Source: Squalus acanthias (lineage: Eukaryota). Taken from it: 64,000 bases of DNA. The translations under genes were made by a program, and so were the position numbers. Location of the stretch: assembly GCA_030390025.1 (NCBI GenBank), contig CM059428.1, forward strand, positions 77,872,001 to 77,936,000, read 5' to 3'. Below, in pieces: positions 1 through 12,974 of this stretch. Below the pieces are notes generated by a model. It was given only the letters and a program-made list of their open reading frames with translations, did no database searches and was not told the origin of the DNA. The number at the start of each line of letters is the position of its first letter. Position 1 is the stretch's first letter.

Positions 1-117
1 CGCTAAATTTTGCGGGAGGCGTTAGCGGTGCCGCGCCCGGGCACTAGGGGCTTTGTGCCCAGTTAGCGCACCCCAGGGGACGCTATCGGGAGGGGCAAAG
101 TAACCCAATTTTCCCCC
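1..117. mobile_element. Right end of a GC-rich Harbinger-type MITE (GGGGGAAAA-TT TIR family)
   Basis: Ends CCAATTTTCCCCC followed by CAA. It has the same terminus and TAGCGC-rich subterminal motifs as the elements at 21045-21762 and 57116-57907. Confidence 0.7.
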
Positions 118-1171
118 CAACGTCTTTAGACCCAATCAAGCTCTGAAGGTCACCAACAAGATTACTGTTCTGGGGCAAGTTCTTCCTTCATTGAAGCATT
201 TTTATGAATCTACATTTTGGCACTTCATTGGCTGAAAGAATAATCTTTCAGGAGGAAGGAAAACAGATAAGTATTTTAAAGTTACTTTTTAAAGAAGAAT
301 GCATTGGAACAGATAGATCAGGTTAAAAAAGTAACATTAAAATCATAACAATAGATGTGAAGGAGGTGAAGAGAAAATATGAGAAAAGGGAATATAGAAG
401 AAGCAAAAGTTTTGTTAAATTTGAAATTATATTTTAAATGTTTATTTTTTATAGTATTGGGTTAATATTACAATAATAATGTTATTCCTGATATTGGAGT
501 GTCTTTAATACTATAAAAAATATATTTGCGTTTGTTGCAGTGCCATGGTTTGTGAGCTGAAATCTTAAAAAAAACAATGGCCAACCCTTGTTGACTGTTG
601 TTTCACACAAACTGCCGGTAGTCTAAACATTAATCCAATTTCTCAAGGCCAAATGAGCAATGAAATCAAGTCGACATAACATTTAATTGAGATAAACAGC
701 AGAAGAGGTATTGTACTCTAGACCTTGAGAAAATTAACTTAGGAAAAGCAGCATTGCTTCCTCACTTTTGAATTTCAGCCACCTTGAGATAAAGGCCAAC
801 ATTCCATTAGCCTTCGTCATTACTTTTTGTTGATTTGTGTACATGGACACCTAAATCACTTTTCTCCTCCACCATTCCTAGGCCTAGAAATTGGATATGG
901 CTCGAAAACGGGCAGTGTCATGGCCCAGCACTATTTGGCTGCGCCTGTTCACGGTGGTGCAGGCAGCACGCAAAATTAATGCTGCCTGCTCATTTACATG
1001 ATTGGAGCGCTGCTCTCAGCACTAAACACGCTGCTGGTTGGCTTAGTGCTCAACAGGTGGGCCAATATTGGGTGCAGTCTAATGGCCGGTAATGTTTGGC
1101 GTAGGCTCTCTGCACTACTTAATGAGGTGCTTTGATGCAGCAGCACCTCATTGTCATTGGAGTTTGAAGAC

Positions 1172-2964
1172 ATGGCTCAGCAGCAACACAGAACGAAACA
1201 GAAAGTTCTTGGATGCTGCTCTCGAGGCATTGGTAGTGGTAGTGGCAGTGGAGAGAAGGTGGGTGTCCTGTTCCCACAGGGTGGCAGGAAGCCATCAAAG
1301 CATGCTTGCAGAAGGCTCTGGCAAGAGATAGCTGCCGAAGTCACAGCCAACAGTGTCGTACTGCGGATATGGATCCAGTGCTGCAAGTTTAATGACCTCA
1401 CACAGCAGGTCAAGATGATTGAAGGCTTAAGCAAATGCCATATCCCACCATCTGCATCATAAGGCTCACACACTGCTCAATGCACTGCACCCCCATCACT
1501 CACCTACCAACAATCTCTACCTATCACCACTCAGACCTCACAATCAGAGCTTCACTTCCTCACAACCTTACCACTGCTGCAACACTCACACCCACATCTC
1601 ACACCTTGCACACACTAACAGCTATTCAACTATGGCAGGCACATCACCAAACACATTGTACCACACTCACTGACACACTTCCCTTTCTCTTGCAGGCTAA
1701 GGTGGCTCACAACCGCCATGAACAGTGGCAGACAGGAGGTGGCCAAGCCACAATACAGGCCTTGAGCCAACTGGAGGAGACACTACTCGACATAGTTAGA
1801 GGGGAAATCACCGAGGCCATGGCAACTTGCGAAGTTGAAGCCCTTGGGGACAATAACGGTATGGTCATTCCTAATCCTTCTTCTCACATCCCACTTCCCC
1901 CTCATCCAATAATCTCTTCTCACTTACAAGCTGCTGATGCTCCATGCATGGCTATCTTGCTTTTCCCCCTGCTCCCCTCACCATAACCCGACTCTTGTGC
2001 CTTTCTGCTTTCAGATGATCAAGAACTGCCACCCGCACAGCCTGTCCCCGAAGTCATGGAGGAGAGTGGAGATGAAGAAGGCGGCACACCGTTACTGCAT
2101 CTGCCACTCACAGACACCAGCTCAGAAACTGGCACTGCGCGGAATTTAGAGGGTAGTATAGATGCAGGATCTGCACATGGTGAGGGGTACCGAGCACGAG
2201 TGGGCTGCAGCAAGGCCAGGGGGAAAGGGTAGATCGGGGGCCAGCTCCCCGGAGAGCGAGTTCACGCACGAGTTCTGCTGCACAGGACTCAGATGATGAC
2301 CTCGATGGGGCGGCCTTCAGAAGAAGGGTGATGGGCATGCACACAGAAATACTAGGTGCAATGGCAAGCCTGCCAGAGAGCCTCTTGTCAGTGCCAAGGA
2401 GCATGGAGGAGTCCGGTTCCAACATTGGACAGGGCTTTGCGCAGAGCTTGGAGCCCATGATTTCCAGGATGGAACTTATGGACAACTCTTGGAGAGACCT
2501 TGTGGACCCAGCCATAGTGCGGTGTCTGATAGGCGATGTCGCAGCTTCCATTGCAGCACAAGCAGAAGCGTCCCAACGTCTCACTGCTGCATTGGAAGCT
2601 CAGACTTCTGTCATCATGGCTGGAGTATCCGCCAACAGATTGCTAGGAATGCTGAGGTGCCGCCCCAGGGGAGTGGCAGCATTCCTACTCCCACCACTGC
2701 CACTCCGCCATTGCCCTTGCCGCTGCCTGTTAGCCAGCCCAGACTGCTGCCACCCATGCCGAGGTGGTGCAGTCTACAGCTGGGCCTTCTAGGTCCAGAG
2801 CTGGTCGAGGTCATCCTGCAAGGCCATCTGCAGTCTCCCCCACGGAAACTCAGCAGCCTTCCACCAGCCATGCTGCAGCCACTGGGGGAGCACTGCTTAG
2901 GAGCACCAGAGTAGGAAAAGGCACACGAACAACAGGCACTAAGGGAATGCACAAGGATGATTAG
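1172..2964 (+). pseudogene. Harbinger Myb/SANT (MSANTD/NAIF1-like) DNA-binding gene, multi-exon, frameshifted
   Basis: Exon 1 reads 'KFLDAALEALV...LWQEIAAEVTA...RIWIQCCKFNDL' (Myb/trihelix pattern). Acceptors TTGCAG| at ~1696 and TTTCAG| at ~2014, donor |GTATGG at ~1859, stop TAG at 2962-2964. Confidence 0.8.
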
Positions 2965-3174
2965 CTGATATTTTATGGTTAATTGAATACTTATACATTT
3001 ATTAATTTTGTTTGGAATGTTTTTGTGGTGGCTCTCATTTCAGGTTTGTGCCCAAGAGGACACTGTCATGTTCCTTGACAGAGGGATTGTATGAGGGGGA
3101 TGTGTTTGATGGGGATGTGGTGAGCAACGGGGATCTGGGGTTTCATTCACTCGAATCGGAGTCTGATGAGGCAT

Positions 3175-4105
3175 TCATCCGGAAGGGGGATTTGCTGCCT
3201 GCCTCCTCCCTTCCTCCTCATTCTCCTCCTTTTCCTCTTCCTCTTCCTGAGGTGGTCCCACAATTCCTGGTGGCAAGGACAGCGCCCTCATGATGGCCAA
3301 GTTGTGGAGAATGCAGTAGACCACCACGAATTGGGACACCCACTCTGCCGAGTACTGGAGGGCTCCTCCTGAGCAGTCAAGGCAGCGGAACCGTTGCTTG
3401 AGCACCCTGATGGTCTGCTCGATGATGTTCCTGTTGGCAGCATCTCTCTCATTATATGAGTGCTCGGCATGAGTGTTGGGGTTGCGGAGGGGAGTCATGA
3501 GCCAGGTGCAGAGCGATAGCCCTTGTCTCCGAGCAGCCACCCTCGAGTTTGACGTGGTGGCTGGTATATTGCTGGCACACCGGACTGTCGCAGGATGAAG
3601 ACAGCATGACTGCTGCCAAGATAGCGGCCATTGACCATCAGGATGTGCTGGGCATGGTCACACAACAACTGCACATTAAGTGAGTGGTAGCCTTCGTAGT
3701 TACAGAAGATCTCAGGATTGGAATGCGGCGCCCACAAAGCCACATGGGTGCAGTCGATGGTGCCCTGCACCATGGGGAAGCCCGCTATCCTGGCAAAGCC
3801 ACATGTGCGCTCCTCCTGCTTCTCTCTGTTCAAAAAAAAGACAACGTAGTCCCTTCTCTTGGAGTAGAGAGCCTCGGTGACCTCCCGGATGCAGCAATGG
3901 ACGGCGAACTGAGAGATCTTAGCTATGTCTCCTGCTGCAGACTGGACAGATCCGCTGGCAAAGAAATTGAGGGCCATGGTGACCTTGAGGGCCACTGGGA
4001 GAGCTGTGGTCACCCTGCTCTGAGGCTGCAGGTCTGTTTGCAGGAGGTGGCAGATCTCTGCCACCTCCTAGGTGAAGCGGAGCCTCCTAATACATTGCTT
4101 CTCGC
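3175..4105 (-). pseudogene. Harbinger DDE transposase (HARBI1-like, DDE_Tnp_4), 5'-truncated and frameshifted
   Basis: ORFs 3495-4064 and 3175-3540 contain 'ALNFFASGS', 'GTIDCTHV', 'GYHSLNVQLLCD', 'LLGDKGY', 'NIIEQTIRVLKQRFRCL', 'CILHNL' and an acidic tail. Confidence 0.92.
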
Positions 4106-4106
4106 T

Positions 4107-6865
4107 TAAATGTATATAATGTTTAAACTGGACGAATCACCCAACATCGATCTCGGCACCAGCTACGGACACAACAACGGCACACCCAGACCAGTCGACC
4201 CTGCAAAGTCCTCCTCACCAACATCTGGGGACTTATGCCAAAATTGGGAGAGCTGTCCCACAGACTAGTTAAGCAACAGCCTGACATAGTCATACTCACA
4301 GAATCATACCTTTCAGTCAATGTCCCAAACTCTTCCATCACCATCCCTGGGTATGTCCTGTCCCACCGGCAGGACAAACCCACCAGGAGTGGTGGCACAG
4401 TGGTATACAGTCAAGAAGGAGTGGCCCTGGGAGTCCTCAACATTGACTCCGGACCCCATGAAGTCTCATCGCTTCAGGTCAAGCATGGGCAAGGAAACCT
4501 CCTGCTGATTACCACCTACTGCCCTCTCTCAGCTGATGAATCAGTACTCCTTCATGTTGAACACCACTTGGAAGAAGCACTGAGAGTAGTAAGGGCACAG
4601 AATATAATCTGGGTGGGGGACTTCAATGTCCATCACCAAGAGTGGCTCGGTAGCACCATTACTGACCAAGCTGGCTGAGTCCTGAAGGACATAGCTGCCA
4701 GTCTGCGCCTGCGACATGTGGAAAGAGAACCAACATGAGGGAAAAACCTGCCTGATCTCGTCCTCACCAATCTTCCTGTCGCAAATGCATTTCTCCATGA
4801 TAGCATTGGTAGCAGTGACCATCACACAGCCATTGTGGAGATGAAGTCCAGTCTTCACACTGAGGACACCCTCCATCGTGTTCTGTGGCACTACCACCAT
4901 GCTAAATGCGATAGATTCAGAGCAGATCTAGCAGCTCAAAACTGGGCATCCATGAGGCGCTGTGGGCCATCAGCAGCAGCAGAATTGTATTCCACCACAA
5001 TCTGTAACTTCACTCTACCATTACCATCAAGCCAGGGGACCAACCCTGGTTCAATAAGGAGTGTAGAAGAGCATGCCAGGAGCAGCACCAGGCGTACCTA
5101 AAAATGCAGTGCCAACCTGGGGAAGCTGCAACACAGGACTACATGCATGCTAAAAAGCGGAAGCAGCATGCTATAGACAGAGCTAAGCGATGCCACAATC
5201 AACGGATCGGATCAAAGCTCTGCAGTCCTACAACATCCAGTCGTGAATGGTGGTGGACCATTAAACAACTAACAGGAGGAGGAGGCGCCATGAATATCCC
5301 CATCCTCAATGATGGTGGAGCCCAGCACGTGAGTGCAAAAGACAAAGCTGAAGCGTTTGCAACCATCTTCATCTAGAAGTGCCGAGTGGATGATCCATAT
5401 CAGCCTTCTCCTGAGATCCCCACCACCACAGAAGCCAGTCTTCAGTCAATTCGATTCACTCCACGTGATATCAAGAAACGGCTGAGCACACTGGATACAG
5501 CAAAGGCTATGGGCCCCGACAAGATCCCGGCTGTCGTGCTGAAGATTTGTGCTCCAGAACTAGCCGCGCCTCTAGCCAAGCTGTTCCAGTACAGCTATAA
5601 CACTGGCTTCTATCCGACAATGTGGAAAACTGCCCAGGTATGTCCTGTCCACAAAAAGCAGGACAAATCCAATCCGGCCAATTACCGCCACATCAGTCTA
5701 CTCTCAATCATCAGCAAAGTGATGGAAGGTGTCATTGACAGTTCTATCAAGCAGCAATTACTCACCAATAACCTGTTCACTGATGCCCAGTTTGGGTTCC
5801 GCTTCAGACCTCATTACAGCCTTGGTCCAAACATGGATAAAAGAGCTGAATTCCAGAGGTGAGGTGAGCGTGACTGCCCTTGACATCAAGGCAGCATTTG
5901 ACCGAGTGTGGCATCAAGGAGCCCTAGTAAAACTGAACTCAATGGGAATTGGGGGGGAAAATTCTCCACTGGCTGGAGTCATACCTAGCACAAAGGAAGA
6001 TGGTTGTGGTGGTTGGAGGTCAATCATCACAGTCCCGGGACATCACTGCAGGAGTTCCTCAGGGCAGTGTCCTAGGCCCAACCATCTTCAGCTGCTTCAT
6101 CAATGATCTTCCCTCCATCGTGTCAGAAGTGGGGATGTTCGCTGATAACTGCACAGTGTTCAGCGCCATTCACAACTCCTCAGATAATGAAGCAGTCCAT
6201 GCCCACATGCAGCAAGACCGGGCCAACATTCAGGCTTGGGCTGATAAGTGGCAAGTAACATTTGCGCCACACAAGTTCCAGGCAATGACTATCTCCAACA
6301 AGCGAGCATCTTACACCACCCCTTGACATTCAACGGCATTACCATCGCCGAATCTCCCACCATCAAATTTCTGGGGGTCACCACTGATCAGAAACTTAAC
6401 TGGACCAGCCACATAAATACTGTGGCAACAAGAGCAGGTCAGAAGCTGGGTAGTCTCACATCCTGACTCCCCAAAGCCTTTCCAACATCTACAAGGCACA
6501 AGTCAGGAGTGTGATGGAATACTCTCCACTTGCCTGGATGAGTACAGCTCCAGCAACACTCAAGAAGCTCGACACTGTCCAAGACAAAGCAGCCTGCTTG
6601 ATTGGCACCTCATCCACCACCTTAAACATTCACCCCCTCCACCACCGGCGTACCGTGGTTGCAGTGTGTACTATCTGCAAGATGCACTGCAGCACATCCC
6701 AAACCCACAACCTCTACCACCTAGAAGGACAAGGGCAGCAGGTGCATGGGAACATCACCACCTCCAAGTTCCCCTTCAAGTCACACATCATCCTGACTTG
6801 GAAGTATATCACCGTTCCTTCATTATTGTCGCTGGGTCAAAATCCTGGAACTCCCTCCCTAACAC
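4107..6865 (+). mobile_element. LINE 'family A' (CR1/L2-group), near-complete degenerate ORF2 with APE endonuclease and RT
   Basis: APE motifs 'DIVILTES', 'VGDFNVHH' and the SDH codons near 4814. RT motifs 'ALDIKAAFDRVWH', 'GVPQGSVLGP' and 'FADN'. Several stops and frameshifts. The 3' tail is missing. Confidence 0.9.
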
Positions 6866-7067
6866 TCCCTGATGTCACGTTCTGCATAATCTAATATCCC
6901 CAGCAAGCGCAGACATCAGCAGCACTGCCGCCCATCCAGAAATGGTGGCCACCACAGGACCCGCCGGCAGCGGGCGGAAGTGAGACGGCCACCATTTTTT
7001 CCCTAAACGGGCCTTAATGGTTAACGGCCAGCACTTACACCTCCAAGTTCTAAGCCCTAGTCTCTCA

Positions 7068-7470
7068 ACATTAACAAAATATTCGATTTGTCTTTCTCGA
7101 TTTCATGTGGGTGACCTCACACTTCCCCACACTGAACTCCAGTTGCCATAGTTTTGCCCACTCACTTAGTCTGTCTATGTCCCTTTGTAACTTCCTGCCC
7201 CTATCCATACAACTTACTGTGCCTCCTAACTTAGTGTTATCTGCAAACTTTGATTTACCACTCACTATTCCTCCATTCATCATTAATATATATGGTAAAA
7301 AGCTGAGGCCATAGTACAGATCTCTGGGGGACACCACTTGCAACATCCTGCCATCAGAGAATGAACCTTTTATCCCTACTCTCTTTCTCCTACCTTTCAA
7401 CCAATTATCGAGCAATATCATACGGTTACCTCCAATTCTGCATGCTCTCATTTTTGCTAACAACCACCTT
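7068..7470 (-). mobile_element. CR1 (HER1-like) LINE RT fragment
   Basis: 'SKFADNTKLGG...LQRDIDRLSEWAKLWQLEFSVGKC'. Confidence 0.85.
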
Positions 7471-8609
7471 ATGGGGATGAAATTGGACCTCATTTTGTCT
7501 GTTTTCCAGTCAGAAAACAGGGACACAGAGGTCCAACTTAGGGGGTCAACCTCCCACGTCCAGTGTCAGAAACACTTCTGATACCTATTTGCTTTTCCAT
7601 TCAACTCAAAAACGTTTACAACCATCTCTAGTTTGGCCATTGCCCTATCAGCGCTTTATTCTAAATTGATGGGTTTCAAATTCAAATAGTTAATCAAACA
7701 ATAATAATATAGAATTTGAATTAATTAATTTCCATATGGAAATCTATGATAATATAGGGTTTCTTGCCCTTTCCAGAAAGGAAATGATCCTGATGGCTCA
7801 TCAGTGGTAATTTTATGAAACTCTACTCCAGACACGGAGCCTCCCCCATCGGAAGCACATATCAGGAATTCAGGCAAACGCCCCATGTTTTTCCACCTAT
7901 TAAAGAAAGTAATGCAAGCCTGGTTATACACCCCTTTCTTGTTTAGCCCGACCTGCTGCAAATAAGACCTCCATTGTAATGTTATATATGGATGTATTGA
8001 TCTACAGGGGGTCTCTCAATCACTGCTCAAATATTACAGTGAATTCCATCTCCAATCATTAACTTTCAATATAAATTCCTTGTCAAATTAGAAAACACTT
8101 CAAAAACCTTCTGTGCTGCTGACAGCTTTTTCTCAGTAAGCTCTACAAAAGAGTGAAATATTGAAACTTACAATTCTGCTTTTCTTTTAGTATAGAATTA
8201 TTATCCAGTACCGTGCCATAGTTGTATTCTATCTGGACATCAAACAGTGGTGCAATCTATACAAAAGAACATGTATCTCCAACTCTCCCCTCTGTTAGTT
8301 TTATGGCTGCACATACATGCACAGAGACAAGGCAAAATATCTAACTTTAAACAATGGCAATTGCCACAGTCACTGATTTGTATAATGAACCAGGGATATG
8401 CGCTTTTGAATTACTGCAAATGCTACTTCTATAAATCATCCAGTTTCAATGCTTGAAGATTACATCAACTGAACTGAAATATTGGTTGACAGACAGACAC
8501 AGGTTGCTGTGGTTGGATGCCTTCATCTCTTTAAAAAGGGCTGGGAATTCATTATAATTTATAATGATATATTGCAGCTTACCAGCAGTCACAGCTCAGG
8601 AACTAAGAT

Positions 8610-10026
8610 CATCTTCTTAGGCAGTCCCTCGGAACCAAAGATGACTTGCTTCCACATTAAAAATGAGTTCTCAGGTGACTGATGAGTCCAATGCGGGACC
8701 TACAGTCTCTGTCACAGGTGGGGCAGACAGTGGTTGAAAGGGCGGGTGGGTGGGGTGCTTGGGTTGACGTGCGCTCCTTCCGCTGTTTGCGCTTGCTCCC
8801 GGCGAAGAGACACGAGGTATTCGGCGCCTTCCCGGATGCTTCTTCTCCACTTTGTACGGTCCTGGGCCAGGGATTCCCAGGTGTCAGTGGAAATGTTGCA
8901 CTTTTTCAAGGAGGCTATGAGGGTGTCCTTGAAGCGTTTCCTCTGCCCACCTGGGGCTCTCTTGCCGCGTCGGAGCTCCGAGTAGAGCTCTTGTTTTGGG
9001 AGTCTCGTATCGGGCATGCGGACGATGTGACCCGTCCATCGGAGCTGATCGAGCGTGGTCAAAGCTTCGATGCTGGGGATGATGGCCTGAGCGAGAACAC
9101 TGACGTTGGTGCGCCTATCCTGCCAATGAATTTGCAGGATCTTGCGGAGGCAGCGTTGGTGGTACCTCTCCAGTGCTTTGAGTTGCCTGCTGTACATGGT
9201 CCATGTCTCTGAGACATACAGGAGGGCGGGTATTACTACTGCTCTGTAAACTATGAGCTTGGTGCCGGGTTTAAGGTCCTGGTCTTCAAACACACTCTTC
9301 CTCAGACAACTGAAGGCTGCACTGGCACACTGAAGGCAGTGTTGGACTTTGTCATCGACGTCTGCCCTTGTTGACAGTAGGCTCCCGAGGTATGGGAAGT
9401 GGTCCACGTTGTCCAAGGCCTTGTCATGGATTTTGATAATCGGGGGGCAGTACTGTGTGGCGGAGGCAGGTTGGTTGAGGACCTTTGTCTTACGGATGTT
9501 TAGTGTAAGGCCTATGCTCTCGTACGCTTCGGTGAAGGTGTTAACGATGGTTTGGAGTTTGACCTCCGAGTGTGCGCAGACGCAAGCGTCGTCTGCATAC
9601 TGTAATTCGACGACAGATGAAGGGACGACCTTGGATCTGGACTGGAGGCAATGGAGGTTGAACAGTTTCCCATTTGTTCTGTAAATTAGCTCCACTCCAG
9701 CGGGGAGCTTACTGAGGGTGAGATGGAGCATTGCCGCAAGGAAGTTCGAGAAGAGCGTTGGTGCGATTACACAGCCTTGCTTGACCCCGGTCCGTACGTG
9801 AATTGGGTCTGTGGTGGAACCATTGGTCAGGATCACGGCTTGCATGTCGTCGTGAAGCAGACGGAGGATGGTGACAAACTTTTGAGGGCAGCTGAATTTG
9901 CGGAGGACACTCCATAATCCCTCACGGTTGACAGTGTCGAAGGCCTTTGTGAGGTCAAAGAAGGCCATGTACAGCGGTTGGCGCTGTTCCCTGCATTTCT
10001 CTTGTAATTGGCGCGCGGTGAAGATC
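8610..10026 (-). mobile_element. RTE-clade (BovB-like) LINE, 5'-truncated, open RT frame
   Basis: 438-aa ORF 8712-10028 with 'FFDLTKAFDTV', 'GVKQGCVIAP', 'LQYADD' and 'LRWTGHIVRM'. Short AAG/ATG-type tail. 9-bp TSD AACTAAGAT at 8601-8609 and 10027-10035. Confidence 0.93.
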
Positions 10027-10035
10027 AACTAAGAT

Positions 10036-10490
10036 AACAACAACTTGTATTTATATAGCGGCTTTAATGTAGAAAAACATCCCAAGGTGCTGCACATGAG
10101 TATTTTAAGGCAAAAAAATGACACCGAGCCACATAAGGATAAATTAGGGCAGGTGACCAAAAGCTTTGTCAAAGAGGTAGGTTTTATGGAGCATCTTAAA
10201 GGAGGAAAGAGAGGTAGCGAGGCGGAGAGGTTTAGGCAGGGAATTCCAGAGCTTAGGGCCTAGGCAACAGAAGGCACGGCCACCAATGGTTGAGCGATTA
10301 TAATCAGGGATGCTCAAGAGGGCAGAATTAGAGGAGCGCAGATATCTCGGGGGGGGGGGGGGGGTGGTTGTGGGGCTGAAGGAGATTACAGAGATAGGAA
10401 GAGGTGAGGCCATGGAGGGATTTGAAAACAGGGATGAGAATTTTGAAAACAAGGCGCTGCTTAACCGGGAGCCAATGTAGGTCAGCAACA
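10036..10490 (-). mobile_element. L2 LINE 3' end
   Basis: C-terminal 'GGRAFCCLGPKLWNSLP...FKMLHKTYLF' and an L2-type tail (GCTATATAAATACAAGTTGTTGT on the minus strand). Confidence 0.85.
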
Positions 10491-12974
10491 AGTCAAAAGT
10501 CTGAAAATAAAATAAATAGCCTGCTTACAGGAGCAATTTTTAGAATAAGATTTTACCTTAGACAAATTAAAATAATTCATAAAATGAATGACACCAAATT
10601 GCCTTTATTCTTTGCGTGCTAATTCACTGGCTCACTGTACTATGCTCAATTTAAAGTTAAACATGATACCCGAGGGAGGGAACGGTTTGGGTTGCTACAT
10701 TTGGCCTCAGTGCTCCTGGGCTGGGCTGAGAAACATCAGTGAATGTGGAATGTTATACAGCTGCTTTTAAAAGAGGGTAAAAAACTCTTCAGTTGATGCA
10801 TGTTTTTCTGTGTCTACACAGATAATTCATCCACATTCCAGGCTACGATGGATTCCTCAGAATTAAAAGGTGCCACCAACTGTCGAGTGTTGATGAAGAC
10901 AATAAGGAGAAATAAATGGAAGGAGGAAGTGACAGAGTGGAGCATTGTGGGAATGGGCTGGTGAGAGCATTTAAAAAGAACGCAGTGGGGGAATCGGAGG
11001 GGAATTGGGAGAACACAACTTGTCGAACAATAAGGCCTTGGTTTCAGGATTCCCCACAGTGGTAACCTTGTCTAAAAGGCGAGGCTGTCTTCGTTAGTGC
11101 CTGCAAAACATGGTGCCAGCCCTCCTCAAAATTCTCTACAGCAGCAATCAGGGAATGCCCTGAGCATTCGGCATTAAAAATACTTCTGATGCCACTCTCC
11201 TTCAGAGAGCTTACAGGTGTTGCAAATAAGAAAGTCTGATAGCCAGCTTACCATGATTGGTGTGACACTCGCAGAAAGTGCAAACAATCAGAGGTTGATG
11301 TTGTAGAAGTTCCTTAGCTCTAACTAAAGTTTCACTTCAATTTAGAGTTTTCTACTAAGATAGTCAGCAGTACAACTAACTACTGACCTTTTCTGGTTTG
11401 TATGATTTAGTACTATATTGCAGGATGCCTGTACCCACTTGGCCTTTGGGGAGCTACCTTCACTTTTTTTAAATTGAACACTTGTCAAATGGTCATCATT
11501 AGCCCTGAAAATTTGTTTTTTCATTCATATACAAAAGATGCAAAACAAACTGCATATGCATATTACAAGTTCCCAAAAAATCACTAAAAACAGATTTATG
11601 GTAAAATACTGGATGGATACAGTTAAAGAAATATACTTCTTTATTTCTGACAGTTTTATCCATTGGTTCAGATGGAAATATCAATCAAAATGCAGGAAAG
11701 CTTAAATATGGCCAGAATCAAAATCTACTCGAGGGCAAATGCAGTAAATCTTTCCTTCCAGGAGGGTTCAATTATAAATATTTTAGTTGAAAGGTGACAA
11801 CAACAGTAAATATTGGTTTGGTCGATTGAACGTTCAGACAACTGAACCTTTTCACCTTTTCCTCTATTCTTTTTCTGCAAACACTTAATTCTAACATTTG
11901 CTGAAAGCAGCTTGTGTACAGGACTAAATTTCTGTCACAGCTCAGTTATAAGATCATAATAGGAAAAATATTTGTTTCAAGTCATGTTGCTCTGCACTGA
12001 TACTGAGATTATGGTTAATAATAAGGCCACATTGTAAATAACATAGGATTTGTTTTTGATTTGTTTGGTGACAGTTCCGTGCTGTTCACTGTGTTTTTTT
12101 AAATCAAACTGAAGATTGCTTTTGATAGTGTAAGGTTGTTGTCACCATAAAACAGCACAGTGTTATCAGCAGCTTAATAGCCTTTGGCCTAAGTCCATGT
12201 AGCTGGAACTTTATTGAAATCTAAAACAGTAGTGGAAGTGGCACAGAGCTCAGTTTCTGAGATAGATCAATCACAGCAGGTTGAAATGTGGATTAAGTAT
12301 TTATCGCCACAATATTCTGCTCATAGTAAAACTAGTAAGATTTAGCCCATACTAGTAATAGAAATGTCAAATTCATACAGTTTGTACATAGCTCAGTTAT
12401 GTGATCATAATATGTATAAAACAGCACAATTTTAATTGTTGTCTCAGGCACTGATATAGTGCTTTCAGAGGCTTAGGAAGATTGGAGTAGCTTGTAAAAA
12501 CTTTCTTTGAATCAGTGGCTGAGCAGTTTGATTGGTAACTGCAGAAAGGGTTGTGGTTCTAGAAGAGTGTAAATTGTCAAAACTAAATTGTTGATGGGAA
12601 TTGCTCTGTGTGGGAATTGCTCTGTGTGAGGACAATAAAAAGAGTACATTTTTTGCAGTGTAAGAACAATGTTGTTTACATGGAAGTTTACTGTCGGTGG
12701 TAAATTAAACCGTGCAATAATGTGTTGCATGTTAATTTATTATATAACAGCAATATATCCACCAGTTAACTTTTATTATTGAGAGTAGTTCTTAGCACAC
12801 AGTACTGAAATTCTGTATTTCATGGAGAAAGAATGAGAGTTCTAATGATTTGTTAACAAAGAACAATTCTGGATTTTGCAGCAGAATACCAACAATTTCT
12901 GGGGTCAAGTTGTCTGGGCTAAGATTGCCTAAAAAGTAAAAGCTGCCAAATTAGCAGAGATAATGCTAAATGTA

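Larger units (their letters stand above)
881..7056. mobile_element. PIF/Harbinger DNA transposon (copy 1), interrupted by a LINE
   Basis: Left TIR GGCCTAGAAATTGG at 881 and right end CCAAGTTCTAAGCC at 7043-7056 (12/14 match). 3-bp TSD CTA at 878-880 and 7057-7059. Contains convergent Myb-like and DDE transposase genes. Confidence 0.9.

Noticed and set aside
3175-4105. Host HARBI1 gene
   Set aside because: It is frameshifted, lies within TIRs and a TSD, and has multiple related copies in the window, so it is a transposon copy and not the domesticated gene.
7725-7961. 78-aa minus-strand ORF in unique sequence
   Set aside because: No recognisable homology or convincing exon boundaries.
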